A stretch of 32,000 nt of DNA. It comes from Methanopyrus kandleri AV19. GTDB lineage: Archaea > JAADCQ01 > Methanopyri > Methanopyrales > Methanopyraceae. A program made the position numbers and the translations under genes. The notes beneath the pieces are model-generated. The model made no database searches and was not told where the DNA came from. It saw only the letters and a program-made list of their open reading frames with translations. Location of the stretch: positions 1,080,001 to 1,112,000 of the forward strand of contig NC_003551.1 in the NCBI RefSeq assembly GCF_000007185.1, given 5' to 3'. Below, in pieces: positions 20,173 to 29,529 of this stretch (positions are counted from its first letter, which is position 1; the number at the start of each line of letters is the position of its first letter).

Positions 20173-20386
20173 CCGTTAGTACCCGGTCACACGGCATGCC
20201 CTCGGGCGGACGCCGCCACGTTTTCATCCACATTAACTTAACCCCGGCCCGGGAATCCGGTGGGCGCGGGAGGGGCCGATACGAAGAGCCTCCGATCACG
20301 GAGGAGGAGTTGAAGGACGTTGAGGAGTAGTTGGAATGGGCCCGCAGGCTGGTCCGAGTCGTTGAACTGGTAGTGGAGCGGGAGGG

Positions 20387-20740
20387 CTAGCTCAGCTCTT
20401 CGACGACCTTGAGCACCTTCTCCGCGTCCCTGACGTTGCTCTCGGCGATCCCGCGGTGGGCCTCGATCTCCCCGAGGCGGACGTCCTCCCGGCGTGCGAC
20501 GCGAAGTATGCACTCCCTGAGCTCCTCGGGTACGTCCGACGCCTTCTCTATCCCCTTCAGGATCTTCACGACGTCCGCGTGCGGTCCACCCGTTAGCCTG
20601 CCCTTGAGGTAAGCCAGGTAGATCAAGGCCTGGCGGACGGATTCGGCCGATAGGAGCAGCTTGAGCCGCGCGCCGTCCAGCCTATCGGCCAGATCCAAGG
20701 CCTCCTTGGCCAGTCTCAGGACCCGAATGGCGCGGGTCAT
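20387..20740 (-). CDS. possible HEPN-domain protein
   Basis: ATG at 20740; MTRAIRVLRLAKEALDLADRLDGARLKLLLSAESVRQALIYLAYLKGRL...NVRDAEKVLKVVEELS, all-helical with HEPN-like layout; homology weak. Confidence 0.4.
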   Translation of the reverse strand: MTRAIRVLRLAKEALDLADRLDGARLKLLLSAESVRQALIYLAYLKGRLTGGPHADVVKILKGIEKASDVPEELRECILRVARREDVRLGEIEAHRGIAESNVRDAEKVLKVVEELS

Positions 20741-21060
20741 CGAGACTCCCGTGAACCTCGTTAACCTCGACGTTACCGTCCTTGACGATCGCGTACACGT
20801 CCATACACGGTCTGCGTAGGGACTCGAACTCGGGGTCGCCGGGGAGACGTTCACCGGGTCCTCCCAGGAGAGGCCGCCCCTCTCCAGGGTCTCCTCGACG
20901 AGTTCCTCCACCCTGCGGCTCGGTACCTCGTCGCTCACTACGACGGCAGGCCCAGCGCCGGCAAAGCTATCTTACCGATGCAGAGGTTGATGGTTTCGCT
21001 GAATCACTTTCAAAATCTGGACGGAAGGAAGTAATGCCCGAACGGATCGACTCGCTCCCA

Positions 21061-21891
21061 CTAGGAAGCCTCCTTCCAGTCGTTATCCCATATCCCAGTC
21101 CTCAGACTCTCCTCCAACCTTGCCGCACGGATCCGTCCAGCTAGGTCGCATTCCACGAAATCTTCAGCCCACTCCAACATTTCCTGGATCTGGCTAATGA
21201 TTCGATCAAGTTGCACCCGCTGCAGCCCGTACCGGTTGACGTCAACCAGGAACGCCATCCGTATCTCGTCATCCCCGTCGCGCACGTAGTTGGCCGTTTG
21301 GACCCTGCGCTTGTCCACTATCTCATGCCGTCTTGAGAGTATGCACACCAGGTGCTCGCCCACCTTATCCGCTGGTACTCCAGCAAAGTCGCCGATAATC
21401 ACTGGGTGGCGCTTCAGCCGGCCCATGAACGACTGTAGCTGCTTCTTAGCGTTAAACAGCAGCCTCCTCACTGGTTCCACCTCCGACCTGTAGTCCGGCA
21501 GCACCGTGACGTGCAGCGCGTACGGAACTTCCTCACCCAGCCGAATCGCCGTGGCCGCACCGATCGCTCCACCCAGTCCCCAGACCAGCACCGGCACCCG
21601 ATCGGCTCGGTACTCCAGCTTCACCACTTCGACAAACTTCTCAGACAGCTGCTTCAGCGCCTCGCTTTTCTCTGCATCCTTCATCGCCGTCTCGTAGTCA
21701 CGGTGGGCACCGCTAGGACTTCCGTAGGCCACCTCGACTCGGCTGGTTTGAAGGCCCAGCTTCTTTGCTAGCTCCTCACCGCTCTGGATGCCGTCGGGCG
21801 TGTCGACCAACACTACGCTGGAAGCTTCAAACGCTGAAGCCACGTACGGGGCCACCCGACACCCGAACGTCCCAGCACCGACCACGATCAA
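21061..21891 (-). CDS. possible divergent FtsZ/tubulin-superfamily protein
   Basis: N-terminal MIVVGAGTFGCRVAPY, VLVWGLGGAIGAATAIRLGEEVP at the signature-loop position, then VTVLPDYRSEVEPVRRLLFNAKKQLQSF. Confidence 0.45.
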   Translation of the reverse strand: MIVVGAGTFGCRVAPYVASAFEASSVVLVDTPDGIQSGEELAKKLGLQTSRVEVAYGSPSGAHRDYETAMKDAEKSEALKQLSEKFVEVVKLEYRADRVPVLVWGLGGAIGAATAIRLGEEVPYALHVTVLPDYRSEVEPVRRLLFNAKKQLQSFMGRLKRHPVIIGDFAGVPADKVGEHLVCILSRRHEIVDKRRVQTANYVRDGDDEIRMAFLVDVNRYGLQRVQLDRIISQIQEMLEWAEDFVECDLAGRIRAARLEESLRTGIWDNDWKEAS

Positions 21892-22163
21892 CCTTCGCCG
21901 CTCCCCAGATAACTCCCCAAGGTGGAGAACGCGCGTCGTTACTCGCCGTCGTCAACGTGTACGATTAAGCGTGAATAAACTTTGGTCAGTTTACTAGCGC
22001 CGGCATACCAGCTCTGGTTAATGTAGGTAACGTACTTAGGGTTGACATCGACGAGTTCCGAACCCATCCAACACAGTATATGCTGTCAGTATGAGTTCGC
22101 TCTAACCTCAAATGATCGTATTGCCATCGTTCGACAATAGCACTGAACTGTATATGAATAGTA

Positions 22164-22177
22164 CTACATCGATGTAG
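22164..22177. promoter_or_regulatory. perfect 14-bp palindrome CTACATCGATGTAG
   Basis: Located 13 nt upstream of the 22191 ORF start in AT-richer intergenic DNA. Confidence 0.3.
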
Positions 22178-22190
22178 GTGTTAATCAACA

Positions 22191-22478
22191 TTGTTCATCG
22201 GAGTACTCCTCGCACCGACCGTGAACTTGCTTCTGCTCATAAGTTTGGTTAAGCTACTTCATGTCAAGTGCTCGCTTCAAGGAGCGGAGCTGATCGCCCG
22301 GATAGCTCCGATGATGACGCTGGGGGTAGTCCCCGCGGTCACCGTCGAGGCGCGTAGTCTGCTCACCAGGATACCACCGACGGCGACCGTAGAAAGGATC
22401 CTGACCGTCCTCAACGTGCCAGCTGTGTTCGTGTACGCCTTCTCCTTCTTCATCCTTGTCCACTGCTACCTATCGTGA
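22191..22478 (+). CDS. small hydrophobic membrane protein
   Basis: 95-aa ORF with N- and C-terminal hydrophobic segments, TTG start, in a locally AT-richer segment. Confidence 0.4.
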   Translation: MFIGVLLAPTVNLLLLISLVKLLHVKCSLQGAELIARIAPMMTLGVVPAVTVEARSLLTRIPPTATVERILTVLNVPAVFVYAFSFFILVHCYLS

Positions 22479-22595
22479 AACCGCGCTGCGGCGGTCCTTG
22501 ACCGGTTCGATCGGTCGGGCCGTGGGATACTACCCTGTTCCGGTACGGTCCCCTCACAGCGTTCGGCGTGCCGAGGGTACGAGGACCGTGCGGGA

Positions 22596-23690
22596 TCATC
22601 GAGGGCGTCGGAGCAGCGGGAGGACGCTCGCCAGTGGGATCGCACCGGAGATGTAGAACACGGCGCTGAGCGAGACGTCCGCCAGCAGCCCGGGCAGGGA
22701 CCCGGTGAGCCTCCCGAGGGACATGATCGAGCCCCACCATCCCATCCCGAGGCCGCGTCTCTCCCCGGAGACCTCCGCCACCAGCTTGAGCGATGACGGT
22801 TGGGCCAGCGAGTACCCGACCCCTCCCACGCACAGCAGGACCACGGCGACGGGTACGCTCTCCACGAAGGGCAGCACCAGCACGCCCAGGGCGGCGAGCA
22901 CGCACCCCAGCGCGGCCAGGACGGTCGGGCTGTACCGGTCGGCCAGCCACCCGCACGGCGCCTGCAGGGTCACCGCCACGGCGTTGCGGATCGCGAGTAC
23001 CAGTCCGATCTGTGCCGGGTCCGCGCCGAGCTTCTTCAGCAGCAGCGGGACGAACGACTCGATCGTTGGTTGCACGGCCGCGGTGGCGAACGCGGGGAGC
23101 GAGGCCCGGAAGAGCTCCCGGTCGACCTCTAGCGATCTCTTCAACACCTCGAGGGGTGAGACCTTCTCCCGGGACGTCCGGACGTCCGGGAGCGATCCCG
23201 CCAGCGGTACGGCGAGCAGTGCCGGTAACGCGAGGACGGCGAAGGCCCAGGGTCCGACGCTCCGGTAGAGGTAGCCCCCCAGGGGCGGAGCCAGGACCAT
23301 CGGAAGCTGGGTGACCGCGTTGAAGACGCCCAGGGAGCGACCGCTGTCCGCGACGGTGGACAGGAGCGGCGGCCAGAGCGCGCCCATACCGAGACCCAGG
23401 GAAACTCGGCTGGCCAGCAGCGTCCCGGGGTGCGGGACGAGAACCAGCAGGTCGGACAGCGCGTACCCTAGGGCCCCGAGCGGCGCGAGCCTCCTGGGAC
23501 CGTACGCGTCCGTCAGGGCCCCTCCGACGGGCCTGGCTAGGAGCTGCGTCACGTTGTGTACGAGGTTCATGACGCCGACGAACGAGCGGGGGTAGCCCGC
23601 GTCCACCACGTAGAGCGGGAGGATCGGCAGGACTGATGTCAGGGACACCGCGCACGCGATGCCCACGACGTGTGCGATCAACGGCCTCAC
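22596..23690 (-). CDS. major facilitator superfamily transporter
   Basis: Multiple TM helices; GGALTDAYGPRRLAPLGALGYALSDLL and CGWLADRYSPTVLAALG MFS-type loops. Confidence 0.85.
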   Translation of the reverse strand: MRPLIAHVVGIACAVSLTSVLPILPLYVVDAGYPRSFVGVMNLVHNVTQLLARPVGGALTDAYGPRRLAPLGALGYALSDLLVLVPHPGTLLASRVSLGLGMGALWPPLLSTVADSGRSLGVFNAVTQLPMVLAPPLGGYLYRSVGPWAFAVLALPALLAVPLAGSLPDVRTSREKVSPLEVLKRSLEVDRELFRASLPAFATAAVQPTIESFVPLLLKKLGADPAQIGLVLAIRNAVAVTLQAPCGWLADRYSPTVLAALGCVLAALGVLVLPFVESVPVAVVLLCVGGVGYSLAQPSSLKLVAEVSGERRGLGMGWWGSIMSLGRLTGSLPGLLADVSLSAVFYISGAIPLASVLPLLRRPR

Positions 23691-24522
23691 CCGTGTTACG
23701 CGGTGGATCCCGGACGCCGCGGATGGTCTCCGGTCGTGCGGGACTCCCGGTTGAATATTTTTGTTGAATACTTTTAATTCAGTTCACACGATGGTCACCG
23801 GACGAGGGATGATCGCGGTCGGACGGTAGACGGTTCGGGGACACCGATCACCCGGAGCTCCGGGTGGTCGAGGTGATCACCGTAGAGGCCGCTCACGGCT
23901 GCGGTCATCGGACGGTGTACCACCGGTGTGCGGATGGTTCAACGGGGACCCTTCGAGGGTCACCGGTGGCCTCGTCGTGGCCCTCAGACGCCGCCCGTGG
24001 GCCGGTCCGTCGGCGATGGAATCGAAACTGTAATGCCTCCATTTCTCGGCAGAAAACACGGGAGCGGGTTTTCGGTAAGTAAATATCGATCCCTGGCCTT
24101 CTAGACCTTGATAATGTCAGAAACTTTTAAGTATCATGAACTCGCTACACACCTGTGGCAACCTCGGGAGCTAGGTGAGGCCGACTCACTCGCCCGTGGC
24201 ATAATCGTTATAATTATCGTAACGTTTCTGCCAGGACTCGGTGGAAGCGACGGCCGATGGGGTCCGCGGGGTCGGCAATGGACGGTCCGATCATCGGGAT
24301 CTCACCGCTCACCCGTCTCCTCATCCCGTGCGCGCCTGTGGGCGCCTCACGGGAACCTTCCACACCGGTTCCGGTCGACCCTCGGTTTCCGGCGGCAGCA
24401 CCGTCCTCCGGTACTTCGCACGTTCTCCCCGTCAATCCTAGGCCCGGTGAAGGCTCGGTGGCTCCGGCGTCTCGAAACGCACAACTGCCTTGTCGTCACT
24501 CCAACCGATTCGGGGGAGACCT

Positions 24523-25320
24523 TTGAGGCTTCCGGCGATCGCGGCCGGACTGCTGATACTCTTCGCCCAGCCGGCGAGCTGCCTGAAGGTGGCGGTGTTC
24601 GCCGCCGATGACGTGGAACCCACGTGCCTCAAGGCCATCGAGAAGGTACTCCGGGACGCGGGCGTACCATTCGACGAGGTCAAAGGGAAGGACATCGTCG
24701 ACGGGACAATCGTCGAGAGGTACGACGTCCTGATCCTGCCCGGTGGCGCGTACTCCGAGCGCGTCGTGCATCATCCCAGGTTCATCGAGGGGCTGAAGGA
24801 GTTCGCGAGGGCGGGCGGCAAGATCGTGGGGATCTGCGCGGGTGCGATCACGCTGGTCAAGGGTGGGCTGGTCAGGGCGAAGGTGGAGGGAGCGGGTCTC
24901 GGCGTGGGTAAGGTGACGCTGGAGCTCGAGCGCGATCCCCTCACGGAGGGGCTGCCCGACCGCCTCGAGGTCACGTACATCAACGGGCCCGTGATGCGCT
25001 CCCAAGGGGCTAAGGTGGTGGCCCGGTACGCGGGAGGTATCGTGAGTCGCGGGGACGCGATCCTCGTGGACCGCTACGGTAAGGGCGAGGTGATCGCGAT
25101 CGGACCGCACCCGTGTCACGACGAGAGGGGGAACGTGAACACCCAGGGCGCCAAGCTGCTGCTCAACGCCCTGGGCGTGAAGAAGCGGGTCAAATCCGGG
25201 AAGGTCGAGGGTGAGGGTTGGTTCCCGACACCGGTTCCGGTAGCGGCGGTGATCCTGGGACTGGTGGCGGCGCTCGGGGTCCGCGGGCTGATTTCCCGAC
25301 GTGGTACCGGGGTGAAGTAA
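24523..25320 (+). CDS. exported, membrane-anchored class I glutamine amidotransferase-like (DJ-1/BPL_N-like) protein
   Basis: GGGGGAG upstream of TTG 24523; signal MRLPAIAAGLLILFAQPASC; DVLILPGGAYSERVV, GKIVGICAGAITLVKGGLV, IAIGPHP; C-terminal TM PVAAVILGLVAALGVRG. Confidence 0.75.
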   Translation: MRLPAIAAGLLILFAQPASCLKVAVFAADDVEPTCLKAIEKVLRDAGVPFDEVKGKDIVDGTIVERYDVLILPGGAYSERVVHHPRFIEGLKEFARAGGKIVGICAGAITLVKGGLVRAKVEGAGLGVGKVTLELERDPLTEGLPDRLEVTYINGPVMRSQGAKVVARYAGGIVSRGDAILVDRYGKGEVIAIGPHPCHDERGNVNTQGAKLLLNALGVKKRVKSGKVEGEGWFPTPVPVAAVILGLVAALGVRGLISRRGTGVK

Positions 25321-25914
25321 AAGCACCAGAACCGTGAGCTTCCGGTCCGGGGCCCGGGTCGTCCCGGCGGGTCGGGAGAGCGGGGCGGACCCCCGCCCGA
25401 TGACGGCCCGTCGTTTCCGCCCGGGCACACCCGTTCTCCTCCCCGTGATCCGGTTCTTCGGGCGCGTGATCGTCACTCCGTTCTGTTTCACGGTAGGGAG
25501 GGAACCCGTCCCGTGTCGTGTAGTGGTGTCCTACGGTCGCGGGGCCGGTCCGGTGGATTTCCGTGAGCTTAAGGTTGAGTCCGTTAACTTCCCGATGTGT
25601 CCGGTGTCACTCCCGTTGGCGGTGGGCTTCGGTGTGCGAGTTCTCGGGGAGCGATCGGTGTACCGCCGATCGGGGCGCCATTCCTAAGTCTCAGTAAGGT
25701 TCCCTACGGGCTCCGGCACCGTCGGTGGCTCCAGTGGGGTTATGTGGGTTCGAAAGTCATCCCATTAGCCGCTGTTTTGAATTTGTTTTGAAACCTTTAC
25801 TTTCAGTTGTATGCAGTCGTGAAATTTCAGCTAATGATACTTTCCTAAGCCCGTGCTGAACCCCCGGGCGATTAGCTTATTTATCGAAACGATGAACGGT
25901 CAGGCGGGGTAGAC

Positions 25915-26366
25915 GTGAGCACGGAGATCCAGGAGGTCTGCTGCAGACTGGAAGGGTACCGTCGGAAGCTGGAGCGAGTCATACGACTCCTCGAGGGGGA
26001 TCCGGACGGTAAGATCGCCGCGACGCGATCGCCCTGCTCGTGGCGGTCGTGGAGGAGCTCAAAAGGGCGCGTGCGTTGGTCGAGAGGAATCTCGAGAGCT
26101 GTGAGGACCCGAGTTCCCTCGAAACCGCTTACACCGTGGTCGCCGGCATGCAGGTGTGCGCGGTGGTCCGTCAGGTGTTCCACCTGGTGAGGACCCTGGA
26201 GCGACTCGTGGGTAGGGAGCGTGTCTGGGAGCTCGTTGGAGGACGGACGATCCGGGACCTCGAGGAGCTCGAGCACCTCCTACCGCCGCTGTACCGGCCC
26301 GAGGTGGACGTCCTGCATCTCTCGCAGGGTGAAGGGGGTCGCCGTAGCGTCGAACCGGTCCTGTGA
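25915..26366 (+). CDS. helical hypothetical protein, apparently frame-broken near 26013-26040
   Basis: VSTEIQEVCCRLEGYRRKLERVIRLLEGDPDGKIAA in one frame, DAIALLVAVVEELKRARALVERNLES... in another. Confidence 0.45.
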
Positions 26367-26822
26367 GGCCGTGGACGGAATCGAGTCCGGATCGAGAGGG
26401 CGCCACGTCGCCGGGGAGCTAGATCCTTCGTAGAGTGCTATCTGCCAGGTAGTTCCACCCTTCACGCTTTTCGGCACGGGAAACGATGTATCGAGAGCGC
26501 GGACGTTATCGGAACGTCCTCGGGGGAACGCGCTTGCGCCCGGCGCCCCCTCCCGGTCCCGCTCCTTCTGGTGCCACCCCAACCACGGTCGTTTTCGGGT
26601 TAAACAGAAACGAGTAGACGACAAAAAGGGCAGGTTATGTTTTGTATCTCAACGGAAGATGGTCGTAACGCGGTTTACGGACGGTAAATCACGGTCACTG
26701 GGCTTTTGGCCCCGAGTATTGCCAGAAATTATTGCCAGGAATTTTTAAGTATGATGAACTCGCTGTCCCATTGATGGAACGCGATGCGAGGGTCGGGTGG
26801 GAGCCCGTGATCCGGAACCGCC

Positions 26823-26847
26823 AATTGTTATGGTGTTCGTAACAATT
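26823..26847. repeat. inverted repeat AATTGTTA-N9-TAACAATT
   Basis: Perfect 8-nt arms with a 9-nt loop in intergenic DNA. Confidence 0.5.
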
Positions 26848-27158
26848 AGGGTTCCCGGAAGAACCAACGGACGGGACATCTGACGTACGGGCGACGCTGG
26901 ACGCGGTGCGATCAGACGTGCTCGCGTAGTTATCCAGAGGTGGTGGAATGGGTACCGGCGGTGGCGATGCTCATCCAAGAGGTGCCGGACGTAGTGATCG
27001 TTTCACCCGACGACTCGAGGCTGGAGAACCTCCGCTCCGGTGATCTTGTTCGGATCTCAGCTGAGTCCTACGCCGGCGCGTCGGGGGAAGAACCGACACG
27101 GTACTGGGAAGATCCGGTACGGCAGTATTCTACCGTCGAAACTGTCCGTCTCGAGGTT

Positions 27159-27434
27159 TTATTCCCTGGAGACCACGATCTCGCAGCCCCGCTCTCCCAG
27201 CCTCTGGTACTCCGTGACCACACCGCCGAAGACGTCCTCCAGGAGGCCGATCACCACGCACACGACGTCCTTCACGTCACCCTCGAGCAGCTCCCGGACG
27301 GCGCAGAACGGGCACGCCCGGATGCGCACGATCACCCGGTCGTTCTCCTCCTCGATCTCCACGTCCTCCCCGAACATCAGGCGCAGCTGTTCCTCGAGAG
27401 TCTCGTAACCCAGGGTTCGGAGCTCCCGCGCCAA
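27159..27434 (-). CDS. small CPFC-containing protein, possibly V4R-like
   Basis: 91-aa ORF MARELRTLGYETLEEQLRLMFGEDVEIEEENDRVIVRIRACPFCAVRELLEGDVKDVVCVVIGLLEDVFGG...; coherent composition compared with the overlapping plus-strand ORF. Confidence 0.55.
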   Translation of the reverse strand: MARELRTLGYETLEEQLRLMFGEDVEIEEENDRVIVRIRACPFCAVRELLEGDVKDVVCVVIGLLEDVFGGVVTEYQRLGERGCEIVVSRE

Positions 27435-27531
27435 CGTCCTAGAAAAGCATCGGATGAAGGCGTTACGACCCGGTCCGAGGACGATCCAGGAGGCCTCTTC
27501 CAGGGCGGCGATGCTCGTCGATCACCGGCGG

Positions 27532-28419
27532 TCACTCGACGAGGTCCCGGAGCCTGTCCTCGAGCACCTCTCGGATTATGCTCGGGTGTTCCGGTATCTT
27601 GACGTCCTCCTCGGTCTGTCCCGGGGTGAGGTTGGAGAGGAGCTCGAAGGCCCGCGCCGCCTCGGTGAGGTCCTCCCGCTCCGGTCCGTCGAAACCGTCC
27701 AGGAGCCTCTCCAACTCCCTCCTCACCGTGGGCCCCAGGGCGGGGGCCACCGGGTACCGCGCCAGGTCGAGCACGACCGAGAGCGCGCGTAGGACGTCCG
27801 TGACGTCCACGAGCTTGAGACCCCCGCCCCCCGATCCCCTCACCTTCCCACGGTCCACGGTTAGACCGTGACCCAGCCTCGCGACCGCCACCACGCGCTC
27901 GAACGCGTCCTCGCCCGAGACGCTCTCCACCGCCCTCAGGGCCGCCAACGTCGGGACCGTGGTCAGGTCGACCGAGGGAACGGCCCGATGCGGGTGCAGC
28001 GCCCATCCCAGGTCCAGGAACAGGGGTGCCCTCTCCGACGCGAGCTCGAAGACGCGGTCCGAGAGCGTCAGCACGCCCGGGAGGCCCAGGATCACGGGTT
28101 CGACACGGTCCACTACCTCGCGAACTTCCTCCACCCGACCGTCGTCCTCCGCGATCACCTCCACCGACGCGGTCACCTCGTACCCGACCTCCTCGGAGGC
28201 CTCCAGTAGCCTGAGCACGGTCGAGATCGGAGGGGTGTAGAGCGGGAGGTGAGCGTGGACGCGGCCCGGCTCCACGAGCTCCTCCTCCGCGAGCTTCACC
28301 AGCAGGCCCAGGGGATGCCTGACGTTCCTCACGACCGACCCCTCGAGTCCCAACCTCTTCAGCAGGCTCAGATCCACCTTCAACCTTCTCCTGAGCGCCA
28401 GCTCGTGGGCGTCGGACAC
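27532..28419 (-). CDS. orphan family protein, paralog of 14998..15999
   Basis: VEPGRVHAHLPLYTPP, GYEVTASV, LFLDLGWALHPHRAVPSVDLTTVPTLAALRAVES.SGE, DVTDVLRALSVVLDLARYPVAPALGPTVRRELERLLDGFDG. Confidence 0.8.
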   Translation of the reverse strand: MSDAHELALRRRLKVDLSLLKRLGLEGSVVRNVRHPLGLLVKLAEEELVEPGRVHAHLPLYTPPISTVLRLLEASEEVGYEVTASVEVIAEDDGRVEEVREVVDRVEPVILGLPGVLTLSDRVFELASERAPLFLDLGWALHPHRAVPSVDLTTVPTLAALRAVESVSGEDAFERVVAVARLGHGLTVDRGKVRGSGGGGLKLVDVTDVLRALSVVLDLARYPVAPALGPTVRRELERLLDGFDGPEREDLTEAARAFELLSNLTPGQTEEDVKIPEHPSIIREVLEDRLRDLVE

Positions 28420-28966
28420 CAGGCGGAGAAAGGCGTTGAGCTCCAGCCCGGTTACCCCCTTGGCATCACATCACGGACGTCCGGTGGGGGCGAGAAGGGC
28501 TCGTAGTCTCCCAGTCTCCCCTGGGGGTGGGCAACCTCCAAGTCGCACACATGACGGCTCATCACCGCGCGGTCACATCGCGCAGCCCTCGCACACGTCC
28601 ATGATTAACTCTTTTCACGGTTCACGACGCGTTCCGACTACGGTGGTGCATCGCACCCGCGCTCGGACGAGATCCCGAACCGTCCTACCGAACGACCGGT
28701 GCCCCACTCCCGGCTCGAGCCGTCGGATGGCTCGACATCACGCATCGCACCCCGACACCAATCGACGCACGCTCGAGCGATCACGAGAGGGAGTCGGTGG
28801 CCGGCCGATCGTACTGGTAGGTTCGCCTGGAAGCACGCCCTCGCCGAAGCGTCGGTACGGGGCCCTTAAATCCACTGTAACGCGTCGTCGAGCTGACTGA
28901 GGATGACGTCATCTCGGGGAGTCACGGACCGTGTTCCTCGGGGATTAGAAGGAGGTAATCCTTAAG

Positions 28967-29511
28967 ATAGCCCGTGCGGCGCGCGAGGTCCTGATGAGGA
29001 TGCCAGGATCTACGTCTTCGGGAGCGCAGTTAAGGACGAGATGACGGCGGTTTCCGACCCGGACGTAGCGGTGGTCGTGGAGGACGAGGTCGATCCCGGG
29101 AAGATGGCCTCCGATATCCTGGAACGGGCGGGTGTGGACCCGTTCATCCCAGTGCACCTCCACGTGGTGACCCGGAACGAGTTCGAGCGTAACCGGCCCG
29201 ACGTGTACGTCGAGGTGAGACCGGACGGTACCCTCCGCAAGCACGGTAGGCCCGAAGTACCGGGTCGCTCGGCGTCAGCGGTTCGAATCCTGTGGGAGTC
29301 GGGGCTCGCGCTGCTCGAGGTCACTGACGAGCTCCCGCCGCTGGCCGGCCTCGTTACCGCCCACGAGGGACTGAAGCTGTGCCTCGAGGCGACGACCCTC
29401 GCGCTCACCGGGTCGCCATCTCGGGACCCGGAAAACCTACCGCGGGACGTCGCCCGGGACGTCGAGGAGGTTTTGGAGGTCCTGGAACGGCGCCTGAGAG
29501 CGGCCCGATAG
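28967..29511 (+). CDS. minimal nucleotidyltransferase (MNT domain), 5' end uncertain
   Basis: In-frame extension upstream of the listed ORF gives DARIYVFGSAVKDEMTAVSDPDVAVVV (GS...DxD motif); N-terminal helix KEVILKIARAAREVL is in another frame. Confidence 0.7.
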
Positions 29512-29529
29512 GGTGAGGAGCCGGATCCT

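Noticed and set aside
22500-22525. GGTTCGATC motif resembling a tRNA T-loop
   Set aside because: No cloverleaf could be assembled from the surrounding sequence.
22450-23655. 401-aa minus-strand ORF overlapping the MFS gene
   Set aside because: Very Arg/Gly/Pro/Ala-rich translation, typical of an alternate frame in high-GC coding DNA; the MFS frame is clearly real.
27377-28006. 209-aa minus-strand ORF and nearby plus-strand ORFs
   Set aside because: Shadow frames of the 27532..28419 gene with extreme Gly/Arg content.
29278-29292. GTTCGAATCC resembling a tRNA T-arm
   Set aside because: Lies within the MNT coding frame (AVRILWE) and no acceptor or anticodon arms could be paired around it.
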